DNA of 64,000 nucleotides from Podarcis pityusensis (Eukaryota). Location: assembly GCA_964106645.2 (NCBI GenBank), contig OZ067040.1, one strand, 5' to 3'. Both the position numbers and the translations under genes were made by a program. Below are positions 1-12,236 of the stretch, in pieces. The stretch's first letter is position 1, and each line of letters begins with the position of its first letter. The notes under the pieces were generated by a model, which worked only from the letters and a program-made list of their open reading frames with translations, searched no databases and was not told the DNA's origin.

Positions 1-693
1 GAGCATCCATGAAGGTATGGTTTTGTAGCAAGCAGATAAGCCCATTCCAAAAGTAAAAATCAAGTCACAATATGTAGGATCCAACCAACTGTGAATAAAG
101 CTCAGCCCATTTTCTGGCTGTTTGCACATGGTTATTGTACTTATATGTGTATATATAAATACAGTTATATATTTATTGTAAACCACTTTGAGATCTTTCA
201 GATATTAAGCAGTCTATAATTCGATACAATAAATAAATATATAAATAAAGCTGAGGACTACTACCTAGCTAAGTTGAAGCTTTGAAGGAACAAAAACTCA
301 AAAGTAGTGAAATGTTCAATGGGGAAGAAGCAAGAGGACACAACATCCCACACATAATTAACATTTTATTGTGGCATCTCACTCAGTCCTTCTATTTTCA
401 GTTAAATCATCTGAATGCCATCACATCTGCAGCTAAAACCATACAAAAGGAAGGCATGAGCAGACCTAGTAACACAAAAATTGTTACTAACACACACAAA
501 AGGCAGAGAACCCCAAAAAAAGTCAAATGAGGACTGAACATGTTCAGTACACACAGAATGCTGAATGTGGGATGGGGGGAGGACCCGAATAAGGTATACT
601 GAACAACAGCAGTATGCAACATTTTGTTGTAGCTCTAACTTGTCTACACTGCATTTAGCAAAGAAGAAAGGCACTTCCTACAGAGCCCAAGTA

Positions 694-921
694 CAGTCAT
701 ACCTCAAGTTGAAGTAGCTTTGGATTAAGCGTTTTCGGGTTGTGCTCCGCGGCGACCCGGAAGTAACGGAGCGTGTTACTTCCGGGTTTCACCGCTTGCA
801 CAGATGCTCAAAATGACGTCACGCGCATGCGTGGAGACGGCGAATCACACCTGTGCAGGTTTGCTTCAGGATGCGAACGGGGCTCCAGAACGGATCCCGT
901 TCGCATCCAGAGGTACCACTG
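694..921. mobile_element. Tigger/pogo-like (Tc1-mariner) MITE
   Basis: TA|CAGTCATACCTC...GAGGTACCACTG|TA with a CpG-rich, partly palindromic interior. Confidence 0.8.
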
Positions 922-3707
922 TACCTTTTTGCTGTAACTCTATACAAAATAACTATTCCATATACCCACAGGTCACATCAGACTCCCCTTTGTGACACAC
1001 AGTCTGTATATTGTGCATTTTTAGTAACTTAGAACATCCAAGTTTCCTCAAATGGCATGGAGATGAAGTTACAAGGTTAGTGGCCTCCTATACACTTTAT
1101 TGTATTTTAACACAAGAGCCTGCTGTATCATACAAAGGTTCATCATATCCAACATCCCACAGTGGCCAACCATGTGTCTCAGGGAAATACAGAAAGAGGT
1201 TTGGAGCACATAGGTCTCTCCTACTGTTGTTCCATAGCAACTGCTATTCTGAGGCATATTACTTCCAAATTTGAATGTTTAATATTGTCACTAACAGACC
1301 TATCCTCCATTACACTTCTCCAATCTAAATATCAATGGAGGTTAAAGTCAGACTGTTAACAAGTAACTTGTCTTCAAAGCATTTTTGTAATGAGCAAGTT
1401 TTCTGCTCTCATCTGAGACCCCTTTCTTCTTATGAGTACTGCTCTAATGTTCTTATTTTGTGATGTTTTAAATTATGTACATTGTAGGTCAGATTCAACT
1501 AACTGGTCCCGCTAGTGGAAGCCTGTGCAAGGACTTCTGCTAATGCAGTGGGGCTTCCCTCTGCTCTCTCATGCACTTCAAACTGGCTCTGGGAGTTTAG
1601 GAGAACCCCCAGCATAGCACACAGAGGGAGGAGAGGAAAGATCTTTCCGTTGGGCAAACAATAATGTTTGTGTTGACAGAAAGCCTGGAAAAGTATGATA
1701 TTGAATTTCTCCTGAATTTTTTATCTTTGTAAGCCAATTCAAGATGTATAAAAAGCAAGATATACATTAAAAATACATACAAATATAAAGAGACTCCAAA
1801 GCGACCAACTCTCATTGGAATTAATATAAGCATTTGTTACATTAGCATAAAATATTTTCTTTCACATATACATAAAACTTAACATACCCCTTTTAGTACA
1901 GATATTATTATTACTCTAAATTATCATCCGTCTCCCACTTTTTCAAAACACAATTGCCCAACACCACCAAATCATCCACAGATTTATTATCATAAAACAA
2001 ACTTGCCACAATGTTTTGAACAAAGAGTACAGCACTACAACTGTATACATTTACATAGGCTGATAAACATACACCTTAATTCATCCCCAAATCTACCAGT
2101 TTAGGCTGGATAGCCTGAGCCTTCTTTTTCCTTGGGATAAAGTTTTGTGCTTCATTAAATAGCCATCCTTAAATAAGGTTAAAGAACACTGTTCCTGGCT
2201 TTAGAGTACTGTACAAAGAAATATCTATATCTTTGTTTTTCTTTCCCAAACTTACTACGCTTCCATGCTAAAGGTTTATAGGCACTGACCTTACATTACA
2301 TTATTCCAGGAAGCAAGCTCTAGTACATCAAACATGGGCAAGCAGAAAAAGCTGGTGGAACTATGCAGAAACTCTCCCAAATAGAGCATTTACAGGGATG
2401 TAGAGGGGCTGAATCAGCTCGGAATCACATTACAGCATCAGATCTGATTCCAGCCTGGAGCACCAGCTCCAGAGTAGGACTGTGGACCCATTTTCTATGC
2501 CAGCCAACTTGAGCAGGAAAGGTGTGGATGGCCAACATATTTTTGTAAGATATTTACTAAAATATGCCAGAAAAGTGCACAAGAACAAGAAGTCTGGAAT
2601 TCTGGTTCTCTCACCAGTTGTATTTCACATGCCAATGCTATAGTACATTACTTGGATCTTCTAAAGAGGCCCTGCTCTGGAATCCATCTAAAAGGCAGAC
2701 TATTTTAGCCTCCACTAGGAGCCCTGTCTTTTTTGTAGCAGCCCTGATACTATGTAACTCTCCTAAGAAAAGTTAATTAGCATCCTCCCTGCTGGCTTTC
2801 TGAAGGGAGGTAAACACTTTTAGTTTCAGTTCGCCCTTGAGATCTGATAATTGCTGTGTTCACAGTTTTTTGCTGTACAATACTGCTACTTTTCTTTTTT
2901 TGTTGAATCTTTCTTTTGTATTTCGTTATGCTTTACCTTTTGTAAACTGCTATGAGGAATGAAAAGCTTAAAATTAAACAGGTAGGCTTTAAGAAAGTTG
3001 ACAACAATCTAAATCACCATTAAAATTATTCTAGAGTGATTCATTCTGTGGAATTATTATGCAAAAAGAATTATACAACAGGAGCTAAAAAAAACTTACT
3101 ACTTGCATAAATGAAAGCACCAATATTAAATCCAGAGAGCTATAACAAGACAGCAATTTAAACACATGAGATGATACGTAACTGGATTCCAAACATAAGA
3201 CAAAACATGCAGCCTGAGCCTATGCATGTTTACTCATAAGTAAATCCTACTGTGTTCAACAGGGTTGACTAGCAAGTGATTGTGCATAGGATTGTAGCCC
3301 TTGTTCCACACAAATGCTACCCTATGAACAGATGCAACTTTTATGCTTAAAGAGGGACAATGATAAATATTAGTATTGCTATTAGAACGGTTCTTCTATT
3401 AAGTGGATATAGAGAAATAAGTGCAACACTAGACACAACCTTATCACCTATCAAGGTACTCTCTGCAATAACTGACACAACAGCTATTGTAAAATTAATG
3501 CAGCCCTCTCTTATAATAAATTTTGTCAGATTTAAGTGGACAGCACAACTGAGACTTTACTCTCTCCAATGCAGGCTTGTAAACACACTTTTTAAGGTTC
3601 AGAAAAATTATAATTAAAAAAAATGGGAGCAAGAAAAGAACAAACAAATGCTCTACCAAATTGGGAGGGGGGAAGAGATGCTTAGAGGATGGAGGGCTCC
3701 CTCCTAC

Positions 3708-3881
3708 CTTGGTGAGCTGCGCTATTTTCTTGCTCATTTTGAGATGGAGATCCTGATTATATTCCATGCCGAGCTGGGAGGAGGCGGCCGACGAAGAAGT
3801 GGAGGTGGTAAATTTTCCAGCGCTCCCCGAGGAGCTGCCGCTGTAGTAGTGCTGCTGCCAGCTCATCCCTGGTGTCGCCAT
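3708..3881 (-). CDS. FAM184A: FAM184A first coding exon (58 codons; gene continues beyond the left edge of the window)
   Basis: Translates MATPGMSWQQHYYSGSSSGSAGKFTTSTSSSAASSQLGMEYNQDLHLKMSKKIAQLTK, matching the recalled FAM184A N-terminus. Strong Kozak (AAG ATG G), in-frame upstream TAG at 4031-4029, phase-0 donor AAG|GTAGGA at 3707. Lies in a CpG island, downstream of MAN1A1 on the same strand as in other amniotes. Confidence 0.95.
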
Positions 3882-5110
3882 CTTCCACAGCAAAGAAACC
3901 CTGCCAACCGCTCTGCCAAGCGCCGGGAGGAGAAGGGCGAGGGTGACACGAAAATAGGGGTGGGGGAGGAGGGGGGGTTGTTGAGGTTGCAGGCGGAGGA
4001 AAAAGACAAGGATAGAGATGGAAAGCAGCTAATGCTGGTGGCAAACAGGACGGCGGGGGGTGAGGGGGAAAAGGCGAGGGGGGGGCAGGTCAAACTACCT
4101 CTTCACCTCCCCCCCTCCAGTCCCCGCTGCTACCTCCTCTCACTCACAGCGTCTCCCCTCGTCCCCCTCCCGGCCTTATTTGCCACTCTGGCTCCTTCTG
4201 CACCATTTTCCTTCGTGGGGAGGGGAGGCGGGTGAGGGACCCACAGACTCCCCGCTCCTTGCCCTTCAGTTCAGGTGAGGGAGGAAAGGATGGGGCGGTC
4301 GGGGAAGGATCTCCTGAGGTAACCACAAGCCGCCCCCTGCGGGCTCCTCAGAGATTCCTGCTGCCGTTTCCTTTTTAAACCTCTCCCCCTGGGGCAACGG
4401 ATAAACGAGCGAGGACGGGGGGGAGCGCGCGTCTCGCGCTCTCCGTCCCCGTCAACCCCTCACAGCGGCGCCTTTCCTCCTCCCGTTCTGGGAGCGGCGC
4501 TCCCCGCGGGACCCTTTCCCGGGTCCCGCGAGGGGAGGGGGAGCCCGAGCGGAGCGCCCCCCGCCGTTTCTCTCGCACGGGGGGGGGGCTCCTCTTCCCC
4601 TCCCGCCGCAGCTCGCCTCGAAGACAAGCGGGCAAAGCCCCCCCCTTCCAAGCGAGCGACGCCGACTGTTGCTACCGAAGCCGACGCTGCCCGCTCGGCG
4701 CTCTTTGGCCACAAGAGGCCAACGCTCCGTTACCAGGGTCTCGGAGAACTGTTTACGCCGCGCGCGTCGCGTCATTTCCGGCGTCCATCCTTCTCCCCCC
4801 CCCCACGCGCGCGCCCGCCGCCGTCAGTTCCCGCCCCTTTCAGTACCTCGGAAAGGGACTTAATTTTAAGTCGCGCACGCGCAGATGCGCTCTCCAGGGT
4901 GGTTAGTTAAAACCTTTACGGCGGGCGCGCTAAGAGGGAGGCGCGAAAGAGCGCCGTGTGCTGTTAAGACCCACAAGAAGCGGCTCTGAGGAGACGGCTC
5001 TATAATAAGCATTGCTCTCCCGTGCTGGCGTCAGGAGCGCGGGCTGCAGCAACGGCCAGGGCGGCCCCAGGAGCAGGTTGGGTGGCGGTTGCTGGGCTGC
5101 TTCCCGCCAT
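3760..5110 (-). promoter_or_regulatory. CpG island / FAM184A promoter and 5' UTR
   Basis: Sharp rise in GC and CpG against a CpG-depleted background. NRF1-like GCGCACGCGCA/GCGCAGATGCGC at ~4872-4890, ETS-like ATTTCCGG at ~4774-4781, many GC boxes. Exact TSS cannot be determined. Confidence 0.85.
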
Positions 5111-5240
5111 TGAGATCCTTCGTTGGGAACGATTGCAAATCACCTCTCCCTCTCTCCGAAACATACACATCTGCTCAGAACTCCAGAGATTCTTCTCAAA
5201 TTATAGTGTACATATACACTTATGATAGCGAAAGATCGAA

Positions 5241-6015
5241 ATAAGAACATAAGGAGAGTCTGCTGGATCAGTCCAGTGGCCCATCTAGTCCAGCACACAG
5301 CGGCTGGACAGTTGCCTGTAGGCACACGAGCCAACTCTTAGGGGCCGAGGTCCCTCCCCCCGCCAATAAAATATATGAGCTCCCCACCCCCCAAGTTAAT
5401 AGGCATCACCATTCAAATGGTGTGTGTGCACCACGTCTTGCGATCAGTTATGTGAGGCTCCCCCAATATTTTATTCAAGTTGGCACCCTTGTCTGCGGGA
5501 AACAAGCAAGCCGGATTCAAGCACAAGAGCTCTTTCTCCTCCTGTGGTTTCCAGAAACTGGTATTCAGGATCTGTGGAGGCAGAGCATAGCCATCATGGC
5601 TAGGAACCATCTCCTCCATGAATTTGTCTAATGCTCTTTTAAAGCCATCCAAGTTGGTAGCCATTAGTGCCTCCTGTGGGAGTGAGTTCCATAGTTTAAT
5701 TATGTGCTGTGTGAAAAAGCATATTTTATTTTTTTTTTAAAATCCACCCTGACTCTCCCAACACTCAGCTTCATTGGATGTCTATAAATTCTAGTGTTAT
5801 GAGAGAGGGAGGGAAAAAATTTTCTATCCACTTTCTCCATACTGTGCATAATTTTATAAGCAATCATGTCACCTCTTACTTGCCTTTTTTCTAAATTAAA
5901 AAAGTCTCAAACATTGCAGCCTTTCTTTATAGGGGAGTTGCTGCATCCCCTTGATCATATTGGTTGCTCCAATATGAACCTTTTCCAACTCTGTGAGGCG
6001 ACCAGAACTGTACAC
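5241..6015 (-). mobile_element. CR1-type LINE 3' fragment, interrupted
   Basis: Minus-strand peptide MATNLDGFKRALDKFMEE is a typical CR1 ORF2 C-terminus; tail ATAAGAACATAAG. An unrelated segment is inserted at ~5340-5490. Boundaries approximate. Confidence 0.75.
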
Positions 6016-9000
6016 GGTCCAACCACTTAGCCTCCATATATGCAAGAGGAGAGGGTGGTAAAGGTCATACTTAGGTCTTCTTAAATATACTGTATATCAC
6101 ACACAGAACATATCTATTTCAGAACATGTGGCCTTCCACAAGATCGTCAACCATTTTTAAAAAAATGAAATCTACTGAACTAATATTGTAATGATGGTTC
6201 TCTAAAATACAAATTCCTTTCAAGTAAGAGTTTCAACTTTCTAACCTTAGGAAACCAGCACAGGAATGAAAATCCATTCATGATTAGTATGCATTATACA
6301 GGAATGAACACGGCACTAAATAATGTGCTAATTTATCTGAGCAAAAAGGGAATTAATTTATGTTTAAATAAGCCAATACAAGAGGGAGGAACATCCCTCA
6401 AGATTTATCTGCAATAAAATCTGTTGTCAGTTTTAGCTGAGACAGGATTCTACCAACATGAACAATGAAACTCCCTTATAAATTAAAACAGTTTAAGTTG
6501 GTGTGATTTTGAAATAAAGCCATATATTTCAGTTTGGCTTCAAGGATATTTGGCTGCTCTCTCCTTAACTTCATTTCATCAGTAGCCAAGGAACTGTGGT
6601 GTGGGATGCACAGACGGCAGCTTTAAGGAGTTCAGAGGTTGCAGGTGCAGGGGAACCAAACAGGTAATGCTCATCATGTGAAAATATCCCTGCTGCTTCT
6701 CTAGTGTTCACAGCAACATACAAATGTGACTTGAAATGCCACAGAGAAACAACCTCACTGCACTTAAAGCTACCAATGCACACATAGCCTTTATGGCAGT
6801 AATAGCAAGTCAAGTCCAAAGCATTTTAAGTGTTCCTCCTATCCCAAGGGATAAGAAGAGGTTTTAGGGACAATGCTGCAGGATTTAATGTCCTTTGGGG
6901 GCAGTGCATAGGAAATTTGCAGCATCTTGGTATTCTTTGTTTCAGTTACAACTGAAGAGCAGAGCTTACTAGAAGTTAAGCAACACTCCTATAGCAGACA
7001 GCAAATCTGCTAATCTGACATCATGTTTCCAGAGAGAACCCTTGTATCTCAAGATGCTACAGCACTCATCTCTATTTCACTGGCTCCAAACTCTTTATCT
7101 GAGCTCCTCCTGCCCACTTCTCAAACGAAAGAGGAATCTCAATCTGTTAAGGAATATGAATATTATTTTGTTAAATTCCAGACTCCTATCGTGTGGCACT
7201 CTTTTTAAAACCAGAATGATAGACCCATGATCAGTAATCAAAACGATAACACTGCTTTGGAGTGTGCTGCATATGCAACTAGCTGCTGCTACCACCACTC
7301 TTCAGTTTCTTGGTTAGACCTTGACTCCAGTTTGATCAGCTGGGAAGGAGGCAGAAGAAGCATTGCACAGGAGAGAAAGGCAGGAATGCAGATCTGACTC
7401 TATATGAACTTTAGACAACCTGGTGCCCTCCAGCTGTTTTGGACTGCAAATCCCATCAGCCCCAGCCAACACAGATGGGGAAGTTTGGGGGGAAGGCTGC
7501 TCTAGGCAACAACCAGACCCATGTGCATCAATAGCTTTCCTATGAATGCAATCCATTTGTTTCGCTTGCAGCCTTTGTGACACACATGCTAGGGTTTGGT
7601 CAGACTTGAAGTTTGGTGTACTAAACCGCATGTTGTGGAAACATTTCCCCTCTTTGTTTTTTGCTCAGCTGTAACGCTTCTACATAAAGTTTATGCCTTA
7701 CAGAGCTTTGGCGCTTTGCAGATTCTGAAAGCCCTTTCTATAAGCTTAGTATTTCTAATAAAATTCAGAAATACAGTGGGATTATCTTCTGTATTTTTAG
7801 AGCAGCATACATCCTTTCGGTGCCTTTGCTTAAGGAAGCACCAGCATAATAATGGAGACATACTGTGGTAAAAGGGTGCAGACAATGGAGAAAGCAGGGC
7901 TGCTATAATAGGACATGTACAAATGTGCCATTCATTGCGACCTCAGTTTTGGCAAGAAAGAGGTCATTAAATATGAATGCAGGCCCTTCTTGGGAAATTA
8001 CAGTGAACATATTTATGAAATGGGAAAGCAGCACTACTGGTTTGAGACCCAATAAAAAGTAGTGGGAGCACATGAGGCGAGGAAAGGTTTGTGAGTAAAA
8101 CAAAGGAATGTGAGAAATCAGCACTGATATTTTATTGGGAAACAGTGGCAAAAAGTTGCACAAGGCAGCGAAATGCAGGCAGGTCAGGATGTTTGGGAAG
8201 AACTCTTGGTGATCTGAAGGAAATAGGTAAGGATTTCTGACTCTAGTTGTACAGTGAAATAAAATGACTCCTGCATTGCAGGGGTTTGGACTAGATGACC
8301 TTCCAGCTCTATGATTCTATGACTCCCCCTCCAAAATGTTATCACTGAAACAAATAAAGCTGTGGTAGAGGCCTGAGAAAGTAACCCGAAGTTGGTTTTT
8401 GTGTGGTGGGACTGTGAGATCAGTTCACTTCTGGCATTCATCCAGAACAAATCCCTGGATTAAGAATTTTTTCAATCCCAATGTATGCCTTGTGCATCTG
8501 ACTCTCAATGGCAGATCTCTGCATATACATCCAAACACCCAGACTAGGTGGCCTAAACTTGAAGTCTACGCTAGTCTGACATAAGATGGACTCTGGTTCA
8601 CAAATGGCTTATGTCTTAAAAGAAAAAAAGATGTCACATGACTCTTTTTACTGCAACAGACCAACATGGCTACCCCTCTGGAAACTGCGGCAAAAGTAGT
8701 TGTGCTAAAACAGAAAACTTTGCAGCAAGTGGAGCACCTCAGACCCAGGAGTCAAATGCAGCCCTCCAGGCCTCCTTGTCCAACCCTCAGGACTCTCCCC
8801 AGGCCACACTGCTCACAGGTCCTGGTCGGTGCCTTTCTGAGTGCTTCTGCCTGGATGGAATGTGTCCTTGCCCAGTGATAATGCCTCCTGGTTATCCTCT
8901 CCCACACCTTTATTTTTTGTTTGCCAGGATGGCCAGAGGCCTCTGTATTATATTTCTGATAATATAACCAGCAAGATCTAGCTGAAGGTGTCTCTCTCCC

Positions 9001-12000
9001 CCCCACACACACCCGCCCACCCCAAAGTGAATTCACAGTGATTAATAGTGTCTAGATTTGCCAAAGTATTGCTATACTAAATTCATTCCATTTGGCAGAG
9101 CAATTTGGCAGATTGCTTGAGTAATGAGAAAAGTGCAATATGTATAGCGGAATGATAAGATCCAAACTGCCTTATACATTTTATATGCCAATGGGTACCC
9201 ACTTTCCTGGCATCTGACATTGTCAGTACACGATGGCGCTGATACAGAGGAAGAAACACTTTTGCTAGATTAACCACCTCTGAAAGTCATTCAGACCTTT
9301 GCTTGTTGCCTAGTTATCAGATTAATCTTCCATTGAACTGCACCATCCCCAACCAAATCAAAATACAGTACTGTTGTTTTTATATTTTGTACATTGCATT
9401 GGGGCATACATGGTAGGTGATTGTGGTCTGCAAGACCACAGGGGCTAATTAATTGCCCCAAACACAACTGTGGAGAGAACAATGAATTATGGATTGCCTG
9501 TAGTTGATATGACCATGATGGTTTCCTCCTCCTCCTCCTCCTGGATGCTGCCACAATGGCCCAGCAGCTCTGAGAGCAGAATTTGTCATTCCACTGTAGT
9601 TTTAAGTTCCACCTGCTGGCAGCCACACAAACATCAACATAACAACATTCTTAAGACAATATTTATCAGGAGAGATAGTAGAACTGTTCTATAAACTGGA
9701 GGGTGGCTGTAAATGTTTCGAAATGGACCTCTAGTACTTACAAACTCCACGTGAATCATATGGAAGCAAAGGAAATCTTCTTTCTTTTCTTTTTTGCTAG
9801 AGGCTTCTTTAATAGTTCATCAGCAGTTATAGCCCCAGGCATACAGTTTTTTGGATCTCCTTCATTAATTTTTGAAGGACATTATGAGCCATGATTGAAA
9901 GCATCTCGTTTGCGGGAAGTGCATTTGGAGGTTGAATGATCTAGTCGTTTCAGCTCTGATTGGCATTTATTGTTAAGAGCCGGTACTCTTGCTACATTTC
10001 TCTCTTCAGCACCTCCTCCTCCTAGACTGCTTTGCAAAGGAAAGTAGCTGGTTTTCTCTTGCAGCCCTGAAAGCCTAACTTTGGATCCATTGTAATCAGT
10101 AGCGTTTTCTCACCCCCACCCACAAAACGTGCCTGCACATTTGGAAGCAAATCTGGGTTTGCTTCTGGGTGATGTGTGAAATGGCCTGCACAGATTGATA
10201 CCACCCATTGTGTTGTTTGAATGTGGGAGTGTCATCATGGGTGACCTTACAAGAATAAATTTTGTATATGATTAAGAGAGTTTTTGCAAGATCCAAGCAA
10301 CAGTGCCTAACACCCCAATATCTAACAATCATAAAATCATAATCATGACTACGGTAACTTTTGCTAGATGTGTCCTTTGTGGGGTTTTACTGTTTAAATC
10401 GTGTGTGTGATACATTATAGCTTAACTGAGACTTTTAAAACTAGAGCAATCTAAATAATGGAAAGTATTGTTAGCAACATTTGGGAAATTTCTCTTACCC
10501 TTTCTGGCATTTCATTCTGTTGATTGGCGTGTAACAATTCCATACTTGTCTATTTTGTGCAATGCTTTTTAAGTCCACATAAAATCATATAAAAGTAAAA
10601 AATTCTGCTGACCATTAAAAAAATATATAGCTTCCACAGTGTCTCCGATAGCATGCATGATTGTGTTTGGCTTCATTATTTAAAAGAATAATCTGAACCC
10701 TTAAAATAACCGTAGAGTTTAAAGACATCTACTCTGAATGCATTAATATCCTGATCTTTTAATAATACGGTATTTTGGAATAAACCCACAATTTCCTATT
10801 TTGTTTGTTTTTTTTTAAATCCAGTTGCTGATGCTGCACTACACTGTTTGATGCTTAATCCCTTCTGCTAAGATTTGTGTCTGTATAGGTACTGAAATCA
10901 TAAAACAACATTCTGAAACTGCGGTCTATAAACTCAGCTTATGCTAAGATGTGTTGGTATTTTCACAGGAACTATGCTTCATTTTTAGGTGTGTAGTTTG
11001 TGCAAAGAATTGTCCTGTTTAATCAATACCTTTTATGTTGAGCTGTTGCAAAACAGTGTTTCATACCTTGCAACGGCACAAAGCATTTTATTTTTGCTCA
11101 AGCAGTTAGTGTGAAACTTGAGTGTTTCTTAGTGTTAACCAGCTTCTTCTAAAGGTCACAGTTTGTAGCTGTCATGGCTGCATACTGGAAAACTGCAATT
11201 TGGAAAAGAATAAGTATGGCCAAGCTTATAGTCATTTGAGGATGCAGTCTAACTGCAGGCACAAACCAATTCAAGTTTAGCACCTTGAATTCCTTTTTGT
11301 TTAATTGGAGGAATTACGCACGCTCCCATAAAAATTGGTGGGGCTTAAAAGGTGATTACATTGAGCCAGCCCAAGACATTTTGCTACCAGAGGTGAAGAA
11401 CAAGATTGTGCCCTCAGTACATTCCATGTGCAGAAACCAATTGGACTGGTAATTTAATCTTAGTGCCACCAATAGGACAGTGTGCTCCACCATGCCTGAA
11501 GTCAGCCAATTATAGGGCCACAGGACAGGCTAGTTATGTGTAGAATACACAGCTCTGTTCTCCAACAAAAGCGTATGACCAGGGAGCTTGGGAGGGACAG
11601 TCGTGGAGGCTGCCCCTGCTGGCCTCCAGCATTTGATACCAGAGTTGGTCACCTCACACTGCCTAATGGTAGGGCAGGCCATGAATGCAAATAGTATGTC
11701 TCTTAAAAATATTGTTTTGTCCTCTCCTATTAGCTATTGTTTTATTGTTTTTGAATCTATGGTTGGTTTTGCTTCTTAGGGAGAGCATTTTGCTAACTTG
11801 TGATTTAATCCACATGGTGTGCATTCCTGACCCTTTGAAGTCAATGGGCCTGTAGTTACTGATATATATCAATTTGCACAGTTAGAACTGTAGGCTGCAT
11901 TTCCCTTGTGGTTTTAAAATCTAGTAGAGTGGAAGCTGTGTTTTTCCTCAAGCATTTATCCTCTTTAGCCACTGACCCTTTAAGCCACAGCATAGATCCC

Positions 12001-12092
12001 TTTACTTTCCAGCTAAGTCCTTCTCCATTATATATAATTACACATTCATATACAGCAGCTGTATGAAGATTTGATATGATACCCAGTTTTCC

Positions 12093-12236
12093 TTCCAGAT
12101 AAAGAGGTTAGCTGTGGGCAGCCCAGTAGCTCCCAGCATGGCCAATTTATATATGACTCAGCAAACAAATATCATTCTCCTAAACTCTCCTTTATGAAAA
12201 TATTTCAGATATTATGGGTGATATATTGATGATATG
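12093..12236 (+). mobile_element. Penelope-like reverse transcriptase relic
   Basis: Manual translation FQIKRLAVGSPVAPSMANLYM followed by YIDD at ~12223-12233, matching the Penelope RT QxxGxAMGSPxAPxxANLYM...RYIDD pattern. Confidence 0.6.

Noticed and set aside
3495-3707. ORF-track extension of FAM184A past LTK (VGGSPP...)
   Set aside because: Read-through into the intron beyond a canonical GT donor at the conserved exon boundary.
3648-4235. 195-aa plus-strand ORF antisense to FAM184A exon 1, and other ORFs in 4060-5225
   Set aside because: Low-complexity G/R/P-rich translations are expected in a stop-poor CpG island; no recognisable domain.
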